In this document: one piece after another, positions 1 through 10,965 of the stretch
Layout: the number at the start of each line of letters is the position of its first letter
Numbering within the stretch: the first letter of the stretch is position 1
Assembly (NCBI RefSeq): GCF_036321535.1
Contig: NC_087436.1
Location: 38,194,001-38,258,000, forward strand
Origin: Camelus dromedarius
Taxonomy: Eukaryota
Reading direction: 5' to 3'
Length of the DNA: 64,000 bases
Notes under the pieces: model-generated
Databases searched by the model: none
Told to the model about the DNA's origin: nothing
Seen by the model: the letters and a program-made list of their open reading frames with translations, nothing else
Made by a program: the position numbers and the translations under genes

Positions 1-59
1 AAGTTAGTCTGCCTCGTGTTACTCACTTGTTTGCCCATTGATTCAGTAAGTAAATGGAA

Positions 60-755
60 ATGGTATTTATTTACTGGGCATCTCCACAAAGAAACCACTT
101 TCATACAAGCCTTCTCTTTAATTATCATACTGCCTTGAGGGGTATTAGCATCAATGTTTTACTGTAAACGTAGGCTCAGTAATTTATAAATGTCTCCATG
201 ACTTGACGGCTAGGAGGTTGTTATACTCCATTTTCCACACAGACCTCTTCTCTATCTTTCTCTGCTTTGTCCTGTGCCCCGAGACTCTAACTTCTACAGA
301 TTCCACCACCCAGATTCCTTTGCCGTCTGGCTTCTGGTTGGGTTTAGCCAATGGAAGGTACCAGCAGATCAAAGGATGGGAAGAGAAACTGTGCGCATAT
401 TCATTCCCTCCGCTCTCCCCTGCCTCACAGTGGTTCTGACCACTGCTGCACTTCTTTACAACTCCAGGTCCTGTTGGTGGCTCCTTCCCCAGGGCCCTGA
501 TTTCTCCCAGGGTTCTGGGAAAACCACTCACTTTCTTTCTTCTTTCTTCTGATCTAAGGATAGTAATGGTCTCCTAATGGATAGTAATGGTTTCCTCAGA
601 ATCTTCTGGTCCCCTTGATTCTACCCACACGTCTATAAATTGTCCAGTCGTTAAACTTTTGGAGTGTGTCTTCTGTAACCATGCCAGATTAGTAATGTTA
701 GGACTCAAACCCAAATCTCTCTGACTTCAAAATCTGAGCTGTGTCTACCATGATG
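60..755 (-). mobile_element. MIR SINE split by an LTR (MIR parts ~60-215 and ~690-755)
   Basis: Antisense MIR-like text 'tctctttaattatcatactgccttgaggggtattagc...ttttactgtaaacgtaggctcag...acggctag' resumes after the LTR as 'ggactcaaacccaaatctctctgacttcaaaatc'. Confidence 0.6.
216..688 (+). mobile_element. LTR33-like ERVL solo LTR
   Basis: 'ccttgccgtctggcttctggttgggtttagccaatggaaggtaccagcagatc' resembles the LTR33 core; 'gttaaactttt...gagtgtg' resembles its 3' portion. Confidence 0.7.
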
Positions 756-2509
756 CTTACCTGTGCAGTCTGTAAGGATCCAAGAGTAGAAAGGGTATGG
801 TCTTTGTTTTCAAGGTGCTCCCAGTTTGTCTGAGCAGACCCACACTAAACTTCTACAAAAGAATATGCTAAGTTCCATAATAAAAGAATAAGGAAATACA
901 CCAAAATATATCCAGTATCCCTGAAAATTTAAAACAAGAAATGATACACATGAATCTTTAGAGACTGAATATTAAAATTTTGCATGGCAGTGGGTCTTGA
1001 CGGACTACCTGGGCTTACTCCCTTTGGAACTTGAGATTCCCTAAGGAGGTCTAGGGACTGAGTCCCACAAAATGCATCAGAGACCAAGCTGGCACTAGTA
1101 CACAAGTTTCTTAATTCTTAGCCAGGTGTTCATTCCTCTTTGCTAAATAACCCACGTAGGCTCCTGAGAGAGTACTAAAAACGCACCTCAGACAGATATC
1201 AAGTGATATTCTATACGCACTCTACGTATATTAATCAATAAAAAGTAAATTTGCTACTTGCAGGATATTAGAATGCAAAAATTAAGATGTAGCTTTCTCT
1301 CTACATCTCCCTCTCCCCTCCAAACCCTACAAAATAGAGAATATGTGAGTACGCTAAATACATGCAGAATTAAATTAATCTAGAGAGTCCTCAAAACTGC
1401 AATCTCTTCCAGAGAAATTTTTTTTCAGTTTAATCTAAACCTCAACTGTTTTTGAGACTTCTTTTTCTCATTTAAAAGCAGTTAGAACTAACATATCTGC
1501 ATGATAGCAGGAAGAGATGCTATCGAATGCTCAGTGTGTCAGCATTTGTAATCTGCTTTCGGCCAGTGGGTGGTGAAGTGGTTTATTTCAAGTTGAGGGT
1601 TTGTATGAAAACCCCTTTGTGCTTATTTTATTCAGAATAGGTTTCCCTCAAGGATGCAAAGCAACTGAAGCACCAAACAATCCACTGCTCCAAAATCTTG
1701 TTTATTTTTATGTAGAGCAGTTCTGACATTAGGATTGATGTCCTAGGATTAAAATGTTTTTAATGTAGCTCAATTCTTATGTATTCAAAAAATTCAGATA
1801 ACATCAAATTGCTTATTATAGTTTTATTTAAATTAAGGTCATTTGAATCACAAACCACAGATGAGGCCTACTAAAAAGAGGGGGTTGAAAAAGCCCTGTG
1901 GTCTAAATCATAAAGGGGTAACTTGGCTAGTTTTGTGTCTGTTCCTTTCATCCATTCCTCAGGAACAGAGTGCAAATGCAGGATGGAGGCGGTTACTCTT
2001 CCATTAGCTTACTTTATTTCCATTTTGAACTTCCAAGTAAATCCAACTAAACTGAGATTTATTTTCTGGCTGCTTCTTTCACACTGAAGTAATTTGTTAT
2101 TAGAATAGGATTCAGGTGACCTAGAACTCATCTGATGCCACACATTTTTTTTCTCTTCTTATCCTTTCCTCTAAACTAAAACGTATGTCTTTAAACAAAG
2201 TGCAGAGGAGATTTTTTAAATGAGTATTTTCCACTGATGGTTTCCAGCCACACCAGAGGCAAAAGTGCCAAACATTTTCAGGAAAGGCTGCCCTTGTTTC
2301 ATTTTTTGGCAGGGATCTCAAAGGCAGGCAGTAGACGGCATACAGAAAATCTTATTCTTCTATGATTTCCCTTATGATTCTAAATGGACCAAGATTTAAG
2401 ACAAAAATTCAAACAATGTCCAGTGTAATTCTGCATTCATACTCTGCAAACACATCATGGACCGTCAGCTCTCCCCAGGGGAACATATCTGTTGGTGATC
2501 AGACATTGT

Positions 2510-2635
2510 ACTTTGATAAGATGGATGAGCCCCTGCTGTGTGCCAGACCTTGTGAGACGTGAGGCATATAAAAAGACAACTGAAAGTACCACTTGGCCCG
2601 AGGAAAGCATAGAGTCTAGATGGAGAAAGGGACAA
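2510..2635 (-). mobile_element. L2 3' fragment
   Basis: 'gagcccctgctgtgtgccagacc...agagtctagatggaga' resembles the antisense L2 3' end. Confidence 0.5.
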
Positions 2636-2674
2636 ATGTCTTGAGAATTAAGGGCAAGAGAATAAGAACCAAGA

Positions 2675-2870
2675 CGCTAGCCAAATATAGTTGGCTGTAT
2701 GTATAGCCTGCTGAGAGCCTTAAGTGCATTATCTCATTTAATCTCCACAATAACTCTGCTATCTGAATTCTTCAGATAGGAAAGTTGAGGCTTAAGAAAG
2801 ATTATTAAACATGCACAACATTATACTGGCATGAAAGATTTCAGTCAGAATTCAAATCCAGGAAATCCTG
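2675..2870 (-). mobile_element. MIR SINE
   Basis: 'tgcattatctcatttaatctccacaataactctg...cagataggaaagttgaggctt...gaattcaaatccagg'. Confidence 0.7.
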
Positions 2871-3109
2871 ATAATGGCCCCTGAATAAGGAGAACCTTCT
2901 CCTATTATCACCATCCAATCCCCCCAATCAGGGAAGCCTCATTGATACAGCTCTTCCATCCAATTCATAGATATATTTCAAATGTCATCAACTGCCCCAG
3001 TAATGCCTTTCTCCACCTGATCAAGGATCTGTTTAAGAATGTGGATTGCATGTAGCCGCCATATCACACTAGGCTCCCTCAATCTAGAAGACTTCCTAAA
3101 TATTTCCCT

Positions 3110-4180
3110 GTCTTTTAAGGGCCAGTTGCTGTTAAAGAGTACAGACTCCATTCTGTGGGATGACCTCGATCTGCTCAACCTGGTCATCTGACCTCCTCGT
3201 AATCAGACCTAACTCTTGCATTCCTGACAGGAAGTCCACAGACATGCTGCTGCACGTGGCTCAGTGGGTCGTGTCCGGAAGCACACTGCTGTGATTCTGT
3301 CCCACAGTTGGTGAGTTTGCCCCAGCCATTTAGTAGTTTGTGCCTATCAGGTTTCTCCACTGTAAGTCACTTCTTTGCCTTTTTATTCGATTAGTATATC
3401 GTGGAGAAATACTCTTATATTATACGAATATCCTCAGCAAATCTCTATCCTTTAGCATCTACTGATGACTCCTAAATATCAACTACCACTCTGACAATAT
3501 CCAAATGGAGGTTATCTGTTTCAGTTATTCCTTCCACAGTGATTAGCTGGCATCTCACTGTGACAAAAAGCTTTTCATTCTCTCCTATATATTTCTTTAG
3601 GTATGTAGGGTGTCAAGGATTTCTATTTTATTCAATGATTTACAGTTCAATAATCATTTATTTTGAGACCAAATTATCCTAGATTGCCCAGTGGGGGCCC
3701 ATTCAGGTTGTCTTCTGTGTCTATATGATATATCCTCATCACTTTATAAGCATTTCCTTACTTTCTGGCATAAACTGTTTCAGGGTATTTATATACATTC
3801 CTTGACCCAGCCCCGGAGCCAGCTATTTATTAAACAATCCTTGACCCCTTTTAGTAAAAAATAGTATTTAGAAACTAAGATTTGGATGCTCAGTGTATTC
3901 ATTGCTTCTGGGTGTCATTCTTTCTAGGCTACCAAACACACACACGCACACACACATTTATACATATATATGAATACATACACATCTAAAACTACTTCTT
4001 TGTATGCATTTATACATGTATATGTGTGTATACATAGACACACATATTTATACTGATATTTCCATTTCTAAACCAATATTCACTATCTTATCTTATTTTT
4101 AGCTTTTTCCCTTTCCATATTTGTAATTCCCTTCCAAGACAGTGAAAAATCTGGGTCCCATAATTTTTAATAATTTGCTC
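3110..4180 (-). mobile_element. Old L1 (L1MC/L1MD-type) 3' UTR fragment with internal (CA/TA)n low complexity
   Basis: 'aggtttctccactgtaagtcact', 'gacccagccccggagccagctattt', 'gtatttagaaactaagatttggatgctcagtgtattcattgct' resemble antisense L1MC 3' sequence. Confidence 0.65.
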
Positions 4181-4544
4181 AATTAACTTTGCTCAGTGTG
4201 ACCAGTTTCTTAACCACCCACACTGCCTCCTCTGCCCCACTTCCAGACACCAGCATCTCTGTATCACAGGAGGAAGGAATGGAAGATGGAAAGGGACAGG
4301 AAGATGGGGCTAACTGTTGTTTCAAATGACGTCTTTAAACTCTATATTGATGGAGATAGAAAGCATAAAATGACTAAAGCAATTCACAAACTTAATCTTT
4401 GAAACCTGAATTTTTAGACTGATGATTAGCAACTTCAGTTAAAGTAGAAATAATCATTTTGTCTTGTACAATTTGGTGACTAAGGTATTAAAAAGATGCT
4501 TATATTGATATTACTGCTTATATTGATATTTGATATTAAAATAT

Positions 4545-5025
4545 CAGAGATATTTGCACATTTATGTTTAGAACATCATTATTCATAATTAAGAGGTGGA
4601 AGCAGCCCAAGTGTCCATTGACAGATAAACGGATAAGCAAAATTTGGTATAAATATACAATGGAATATTATTCATCTATAAAAACGAAGGCAATTCTAAC
4701 ACATGGTACAATACACATGAATCTTAATGACATTATGACAAGTGAAGTAAGCCAGTCATAAGAAGTCAAATACTGTATGTTTCCCCTTTTAGGAAGAATC
4801 TAGAAGAGTCAAATTCACAGAGACAGAAAGTAGAGGTGGTTTGCCAGGGGCTGGGGGTGAGGGGGAAATGTGAGTTGTTTAATGGGGTTAGTTTCAGCTT
4901 TGCAAGATTTAAAAGTTCTAGAGATTGACTGTTCAACAAAATGAATATGCTTAACACAACTGAATGGTACACTTAAAATGGTAAGATGGAAATCTTTATG
5001 TTATATGAATTTTACCACAATTAAA
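4545..5025 (+). mobile_element. L1MB-type LINE-1 3' end (ORF2 C-terminus plus 3' UTR)
   Basis: ORF 4564-4761 reads 'KRWKQPKCPLTD...IWYKYTMEYYSSIK', the L1 ORF2 C-terminus; 3' UTR 'gagacagaaagtaga...acttaaaatggtaagatgg...ttttaccacaattaaa'. Confidence 0.9.
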
Positions 5026-7744
5026 CATTTTTTAGATGTCAAAAATACTTAGAAGTATCCGTGTTTAAAAAAATGCCTTTTCTTACAGTCACTTTAATTA
5101 AACTGTGATACAAAAAGTCTAGAAGTTATGGCTACAAAAAGGGTAAGAGAAGATTGGGTCCTTCTGGTGAGGACAATAAAGAACACGGCAGTTTGGTCTT
5201 TCCTAATATTGTATAAGATGGCATTTCTGATACCTATGTTGTAAGAACTTTATACTCAAAGTGATCTATTAAGAGTCTACTGAGTTGTAGTGATGGGCAA
5301 GTTTCATTATTATAATCAGGCCCTTCCTTACTGGGTTGATAATATGCAGACAATACAGACTCAGATCTGCAACAGATGGGAATAAAATCAGAGTTATAAC
5401 TATCTAATAATTACATACATTTAAACCTTTTCATTCTATGTAAGTTCTAAAATAAGTATGATTTAAAGTTATAGATTAACACAGTGAAACTTACAAACTG
5501 TATGTTCAAAATAGGTGAAACTGAGGAAAATGTGTCCTGCGCCTAGTCTCCTATACCACACCACTCTTCCAACATAGAGCTTTTAGAATACTATTTCATG
5601 TAGAATATACTACTAAGTTTACATGAATTACTTTAAACAAATTAGGTTCATTGTGTCGACGTCCTCTTCTATTAACACTGTCCCCTCTAAATAAGTCACT
5701 ATAAGGTCCACACCATCAGGGAAGAGCAAACTTTAATTAGCAAGCAACCATTATTTTCTAATGCCTAAGCCAGGAGAATGTGTTTCAGTCTTTCCCCCAA
5801 TTTCTTCAGTGATACGAATTTTTGAAACACATGAGACCATGAGGAAATAAAAGCACGTGGTTTACTACTTACATTGACTTTGACCAAGGTAACAGGAAGA
5901 AGAGTTGGTAAGTGTCTTACCTAGATGTTTCTCTAGCACATGAGCCCAAGACAATATGACCTAATCCTTTTTCTATGGCACCAATCCTTCTCATCTTCTT
6001 CCCAGGCCTTCCTCCAAATGGAGCTAATCAATTATTCTTTCCAATTACTCCAGTTAGTCTTCCTTTCACTTGCATGTTTTATTTCCATGGCAATTTCATA
6101 AGCATAAAAGTGGGCATCTTATTTGCAGTACAACCATATGTACATATGTTGTACATATGTATTGTCACTATTGAGACTTTAATTAAATTCTCACAACGTT
6201 TTTGGTTCCTTTTTGTGATTGCAAAAATATTAACATTCTACAATCTTCTCTTTCTTATTTTGCCTGTTTAGGCTTAAAGTTTTATTGGCCCATACACATT
6301 TTTCTCAACTCAATGACTTCTTCATATTCTGTTTCTACTCACAAATCTTGGTAACTTACACTCCTTCAATACAAAGGACCTATCTTCTAATCAGTACTGT
6401 CCACTCAGCATATGAAACAATCTGTGACTTACAGAGAAGCATGCAATCCTGAGGACTATACGAAGCTTGAAGCCAAGCAGATATCCTGAACACTTACCCG
6501 CTAGAAGTATTACGATGCTAGAGGTCACTAGACAGAAAGACAACTGCGGAGGGGTGAGGAGTTTCCAAAAAGCCCACGGACTTCCAACCAATTTCATCCT
6601 TTTTTAAGTGCTTTTAACATATTTTCTTATCCAACTCATCTACAATTAACACTGCCCCAAAATACTTTTCTGTAAGTTTATGCATTTCCAAACAGTGATA
6701 TATTTTGCATACCAACAAGATTTACAGAAACATAAGCAAGTCATTGAAAACTCACATTACTTCAGGCCAAGTTGTTTCTCTGAATTAAAGAAAAAAATTC
6801 TGGACGTGAACTCAAAGAGAAACATTCCTAACATAATTACATATAAATTAGCATTGCATAAGTTAGTCAAAGGGTACATCTGTCTAGATTCTGATAATAT
6901 TGAAAGTCCAGAATTCCAAATTCCCATGTCCTCTGTGATTTTCTTTGAAGATAGAATATTTTTCTAAGAATCTTTTTGTTTTTTTACAGAAAAGACTAGA
7001 ATTTATGATATGAAAAAACACTGTATTATCTTAAGGAAACAAGCTGTGCAACAGGGCTTTGACTGCAGATCTGCTCTCAGTCCCCCAGCGTGTAAACCAG
7101 AGGGCAGAAATAGCAGCGGTATATTTCATTTTTAGGATCAGTTGTGGCTCAGCCGTGGCTCAGCCTCCTTCAGGTGATGCTCTGAATGCTGACAGGGGGC
7201 CTTAAATCTTTGGTGGGTTTATGAACTGCAACAAGGAACTTTTCAAGACGTCCCAAATCCCAGAAGTGAGACGCCAGTGGCTAATCTGAGTCACCAGGCC
7301 CCTTTGACCTGTTCTCTTCACACTTGTTTCCATATTTCATCTGCTCTGAGCTGGGTTTGCTTTATGATTTTGGTTAAGTGTGAAGAAAATCAGTGTGGCA
7401 GATGGAAGGAACTAAATCTATTCTTTACCCTACGCTAAATTTCTGCCAATATGTACTTTGTTTCCTGGAGCAAAATCCCTGACGTCGTTTTTCTGCATGT
7501 CGGCTAAGCCTTATCACTCTCCAGTTTAAGCAATATCAGATGTAATATTCCCCCAAAAAGGACAAAGAAAAGGACTCCTTGTTTGGTTTTTATGTTAAGG
7601 ACAACACAGCTCATGGCGCACAGGGAACTGAAAGAAACAATACTTTATCACGCCAAATGTGAAGCATGGCTTTACTTTTGAGTCCCTGGTTGTAGAGACT
7701 GGGCAGAAAGCCTCAGGCTGGCGGGGGCCATGGGTGATGTGAGG

Positions 7745-7900
7745 AGCACTGAACTCAGGACCGGAAGATCATGACTCAGTCAGCTTGTTACCCCAGGTTA
7801 CTGACAGAGTCTTACTACCTGAGCTGCTGCAATAGTAGAATCAGAATAAGGCAGACCTCAGAGGATTTAATTAGGAATAAGTGAGATAATAAACTTAAAC
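7745..7900 (+). mobile_element. MIR SINE (degenerate)
   Basis: 'gagcactgaactcagga...acctcagaggattt...aggaataagtgagataat'. Confidence 0.45.
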
Positions 7901-8371
7901 TATACAGAGGCTAAAAATCACCTTATAAGGGGTTATGATTCTCCTGTTGCATGGCTGTAAATATTTTTTGCAGATTTTATCTGCCTAGAGCCAGTAAACC
8001 AATTAAGTCGCTGCTATGGCATTGATTTTAACTTCTTAACAGATGTTTGTGTGTGTCTTGATGCCACGAATCCCACTGGAAACTAGAATACTGAGTTAGT
8101 AATCTGGTTTGCATAATATACATACATTTCATTATTTTATATACAAAAAAGCTATACTTTTGATAAGAGTTTTTTAACTGCTGTTTGCTATTTGGACACC
8201 CAGACTAAGAAACTCTGTGGAAAATGTAGCTTGTAACCTCAGAAATCTAGAAGCTGTTATCACATACCAAAATTACGTGCAGTTTAAATATGGTCATATT
8301 TATGAAAAACTAAGCACAAATGGTTCAGAGTTCTGATCCAAATAAATAGCCATCATTGTTTCTGTATAAAC

Positions 8372-8518
8372 GTGTATGTATATAGATATGAATATATGAC
8401 AGAGAGAGTGACAACTCTGTATGAAATAATGAAGTATTATACAAATATGCATACATACATCCATTTGTATGTGTGTATATCCGCATATAAATATACTGAG
8501 GTATACACACACACACAG
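8372..8518. repeat. Degenerate (TA/CA/TG)n low-complexity tract
   Basis: 'gtgtatgtatatagatatgaatatatg...atacatacat...atacacacacacaca'. Confidence 0.6.
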
Positions 8519-8559
8519 GTCTATGTGAGACCAATGCCAGGTGTCCGTGCCAGAATAAC

Positions 8560-8652
8560 TAAGTCAGAATATATAGAGGTGGGGTGCAGCATTAGTGCAT
8601 ATCAAAAGCCCTCCAGGTGATTTTAATGTGTAGTCAGGGCTGAGAACCTCTG
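8560..8652. mobile_element. MER5A-like hAT-Charlie MITE fragment
   Basis: 'tcagaat...ggtgggg...aagccctccaggtgattttaatgtgtagtcagggctgagaacctctg' resembles the MER5A terminus. Confidence 0.7.
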
Positions 8653-9059
8653 TTCCACATCTACACCTGAAAATCTTTTGTGTAGCTGGTTTTCTAAATG
8701 CACCTAAATTACACTGGCCCATGTGTTTCCATTCAGACAAGAAGGACAATACCAACGGCAATATTAAAAATCTTCATCTGATGCAACTAATTCACTGCAT
8801 TTTTCCATTGCCTTTAGAAAATGAAGACAGATATCCCTTACCCTTCTGGTTTCTCATTGTGGTGTAGAGACACAGTAGGCTTGATGATGCTAACAAGGTG
8901 TGGAGGGTCTTCTGTCTCTCATACAGCCTTTACATCATTTTTCATGTCAGTGCTGTGAATGAAAATTGTTAGATTAATGGTAGGATCTTGAAAAGACAAT
9001 GAAAGGAAAAACCTCCATAGAGGAAGGAATGTGAATGTTGCAGCCAGGAAACCCACATC

Positions 9060-9545
9060 AGGGATGGACGGGGAAGAATGGGGCACACAACACAGCACCA
9101 CCTGAAATCTAGAGACGCGTCTGTGCACGTACCCTGGGAGTCAGCACAAATGCCGCCTGGGCCAGGCGGAGTAAGGTGAGTGGACATGGCCATCACGCTC
9201 CTCCCCACAAGGCTCCTGCCACTCTCAGGAAGGACAATCACTTCAGTTTAGAGCATCGATAACTGAAGTCTTTTCCTTTCTGTTTTCAATTCAATGGGAG
9301 TTTGTTGACAGGTCCTACCCATTAACAAATGACCGACTTAAAATTAGTTTCAGTTAATGCAATGTTAGTACGTGTTGTTTGTGTTCACGGGAAGTGTGAT
9401 GTGCGCAATGTAAAAGTAAACATATGAAACTTGAGAGGAAAAACTAAGTCACAAAATACATATGAAGCGTGGCATGTCAGCCAGTGCGATACACTGTATA
9501 CTCTGTGCTCCTAACTCCGTGCCGGGTACATGGCGGGGCTCTGTG
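9060..9545. promoter_or_regulatory. CpG-retaining candidate promoter or enhancer
   Basis: Locally dense CpGs, palindromes agacgcgtct and ccgcctgg-g-ccaggcgg, a MARE-like gagtcagca and a strong donor AAG|GTGAGT. Confidence 0.35.
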
Positions 9546-9687
9546 AATAGATATTCAACCCACAATCATTTGATGACCCTGTAAGAGACCAAGTTATTTA
9601 CAGTAATATTCAGATTTGTAAATCAGCCTTAGCTTCCTTACACAACTAACTTCATGTAATCGTTCTAATAGCCTGGAAGATTATTCT

Positions 9688-9785
9688 TGTCAAACTTTAT
9701 TGTGCTTGCAAACAAATGGGGATCTTATAAAATGCAGACTGATTCAGTAGATCTGGGTAGGACCAGAGATTCTGCATTCTTAATC
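9688..9785. mobile_element. MER5-like hAT-Charlie MITE fragment
   Basis: 'tcaaactttattgtgc...ggggatcttataaaatgcagactgattcagtagatctggg...agattctgcattctta'. Confidence 0.65.
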
Positions 9786-10554
9786 AACTATGTTGACTAC
9801 TCTTTACTGGCAAGACTGTAAAAAAAGAGAAGAAAAGAAAAAGCTAAATCAGAAAAAGAAAATCTGACTACATAGGCTTTATAAAACAAAACATTTAAGA
9901 AATAATTTAGAGATTATGAATGAGAAACGTAAAAAGCAGGGAAAACTCAGCACCTGGCTTTGAAGCAAAGTCTCTGCTTAATGGTACTCCCAGACATTTT
10001 CAGGTTTCTTTGTTGTCCTAACTACACTTCAGTAATCAGTAAATGTTAGAGGTAAGCTGAGATTTGCTACTTGGTCCAGTAGGCAATCATTCAAGCTTCT
10101 ATAGGGAAAAACAAGCACTTAAAGCATTTCCATGATTTGTAGTTTCATAAATGTTGTTCTAAGCCTATTCTTCACAGTTAACAAAACAGGAATGCAGCAA
10201 TTCCTTTATTTCAATACACAGTTCATCATTAATCTTGGGATTTATTAGAAAAGACTGTACTCAGTGAAATTAATCCGCATGCTCCGTGCTTGTCCTCCCA
10301 CCTCTTTCACACACTGCTCCCCCATGCCCTTGCTAGATCCAAGAAACCAAAATACCAATTTCCATAACAATCTCTGAAATTCTTTCCTTTGACAGACATG
10401 TAAACTTAGGACTTGCAGATTTTTCTTTGACTTGTTGCAGAAAGGACTAAGTATGCTGGGCCTCCTGCCACTCCTAACAAGACTGATTTTATAAAAGAGA
10501 GGGGAGGATGTGTTGAGAGGACTATTTGGGCCCTACCTTTTTCCTTTATGGGTC

Positions 10555-10630
10555 TAGTGTGGCCTAAGCTAGTCACTGAAATGTCTCTGAGTCTCAGTTT
10601 CCACATACAGAAAGTGATATTATCAGTAAC
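10555..10630 (+). mobile_element. MIR core fragment
   Basis: 'agtcactgaaatgtctctgagtctcagtttccacatacagaaagtg'. Confidence 0.55.
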
Positions 10631-10849
10631 GCAACCATTATTTATTATTCCTCTTTTGACCATAGGATATGAGCTTATGCCTACATTTTGATTCACAAAA
10701 CTTTCTGAGTGAGATTACAAATGCCCACAGGAGACACACATATGGGTCGGGTCATCCTTTTCTTCTTTCCTTAACTTAAATGTGGCTTGGCAGCTGGGGA
10801 CTCTGTGTATTATGTGTATTGGAGCCTCCATCAGTCAGTTTTATTCTCT

Positions 10850-10965
10850 GCATCTAGTTCACAAGATGTAAAGCCTCCTGAGGGCAGGAGCAATGTCTGC
10901 TACTTGCCTAGCACAGTGCCTGGCAGATGGGAAGCCCCACAAATGTCAATTAAACTCCTAAATAA
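10850..10965 (+). mobile_element. L2 3' end
   Basis: 'atgtaaagcctcctgagggcaggagcaatgtctg...gcctagcacagtgcctggcagatgg'. Confidence 0.7.

Noticed and set aside
184..552. Three overlapping ORFs of 78-115 aa
   Set aside because: They lie in an LTR33-like element and show no recognisable protein similarity.
753..800. Possible 9-nt minus-strand micro-exon (cag|ACTGCACAG|gtaagc)
   Set aside because: Sits at a repeat junction, and such short matches are expected by chance.
2978..3187. ORF with a helical-looking end (HILKQILDQVEKGITGAVDDI)
   Set aside because: No recognisable family or splice signals, and it overlaps the edge of an old L1.
4564..4761. ORF with a recognisable protein motif
   Set aside because: It is the decayed L1 ORF2 C-terminus, not a host gene; the same applies to 23073-23258 and 46655-46924.
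6135..6161. 14-bp palindrome catatgtacatatg, and short tandem duplications here and at ~558, ~4497, ~26860 and ~51953
   Set aside because: Ordinary slippage-type duplications with no spacer structure and nothing CRISPR-like.
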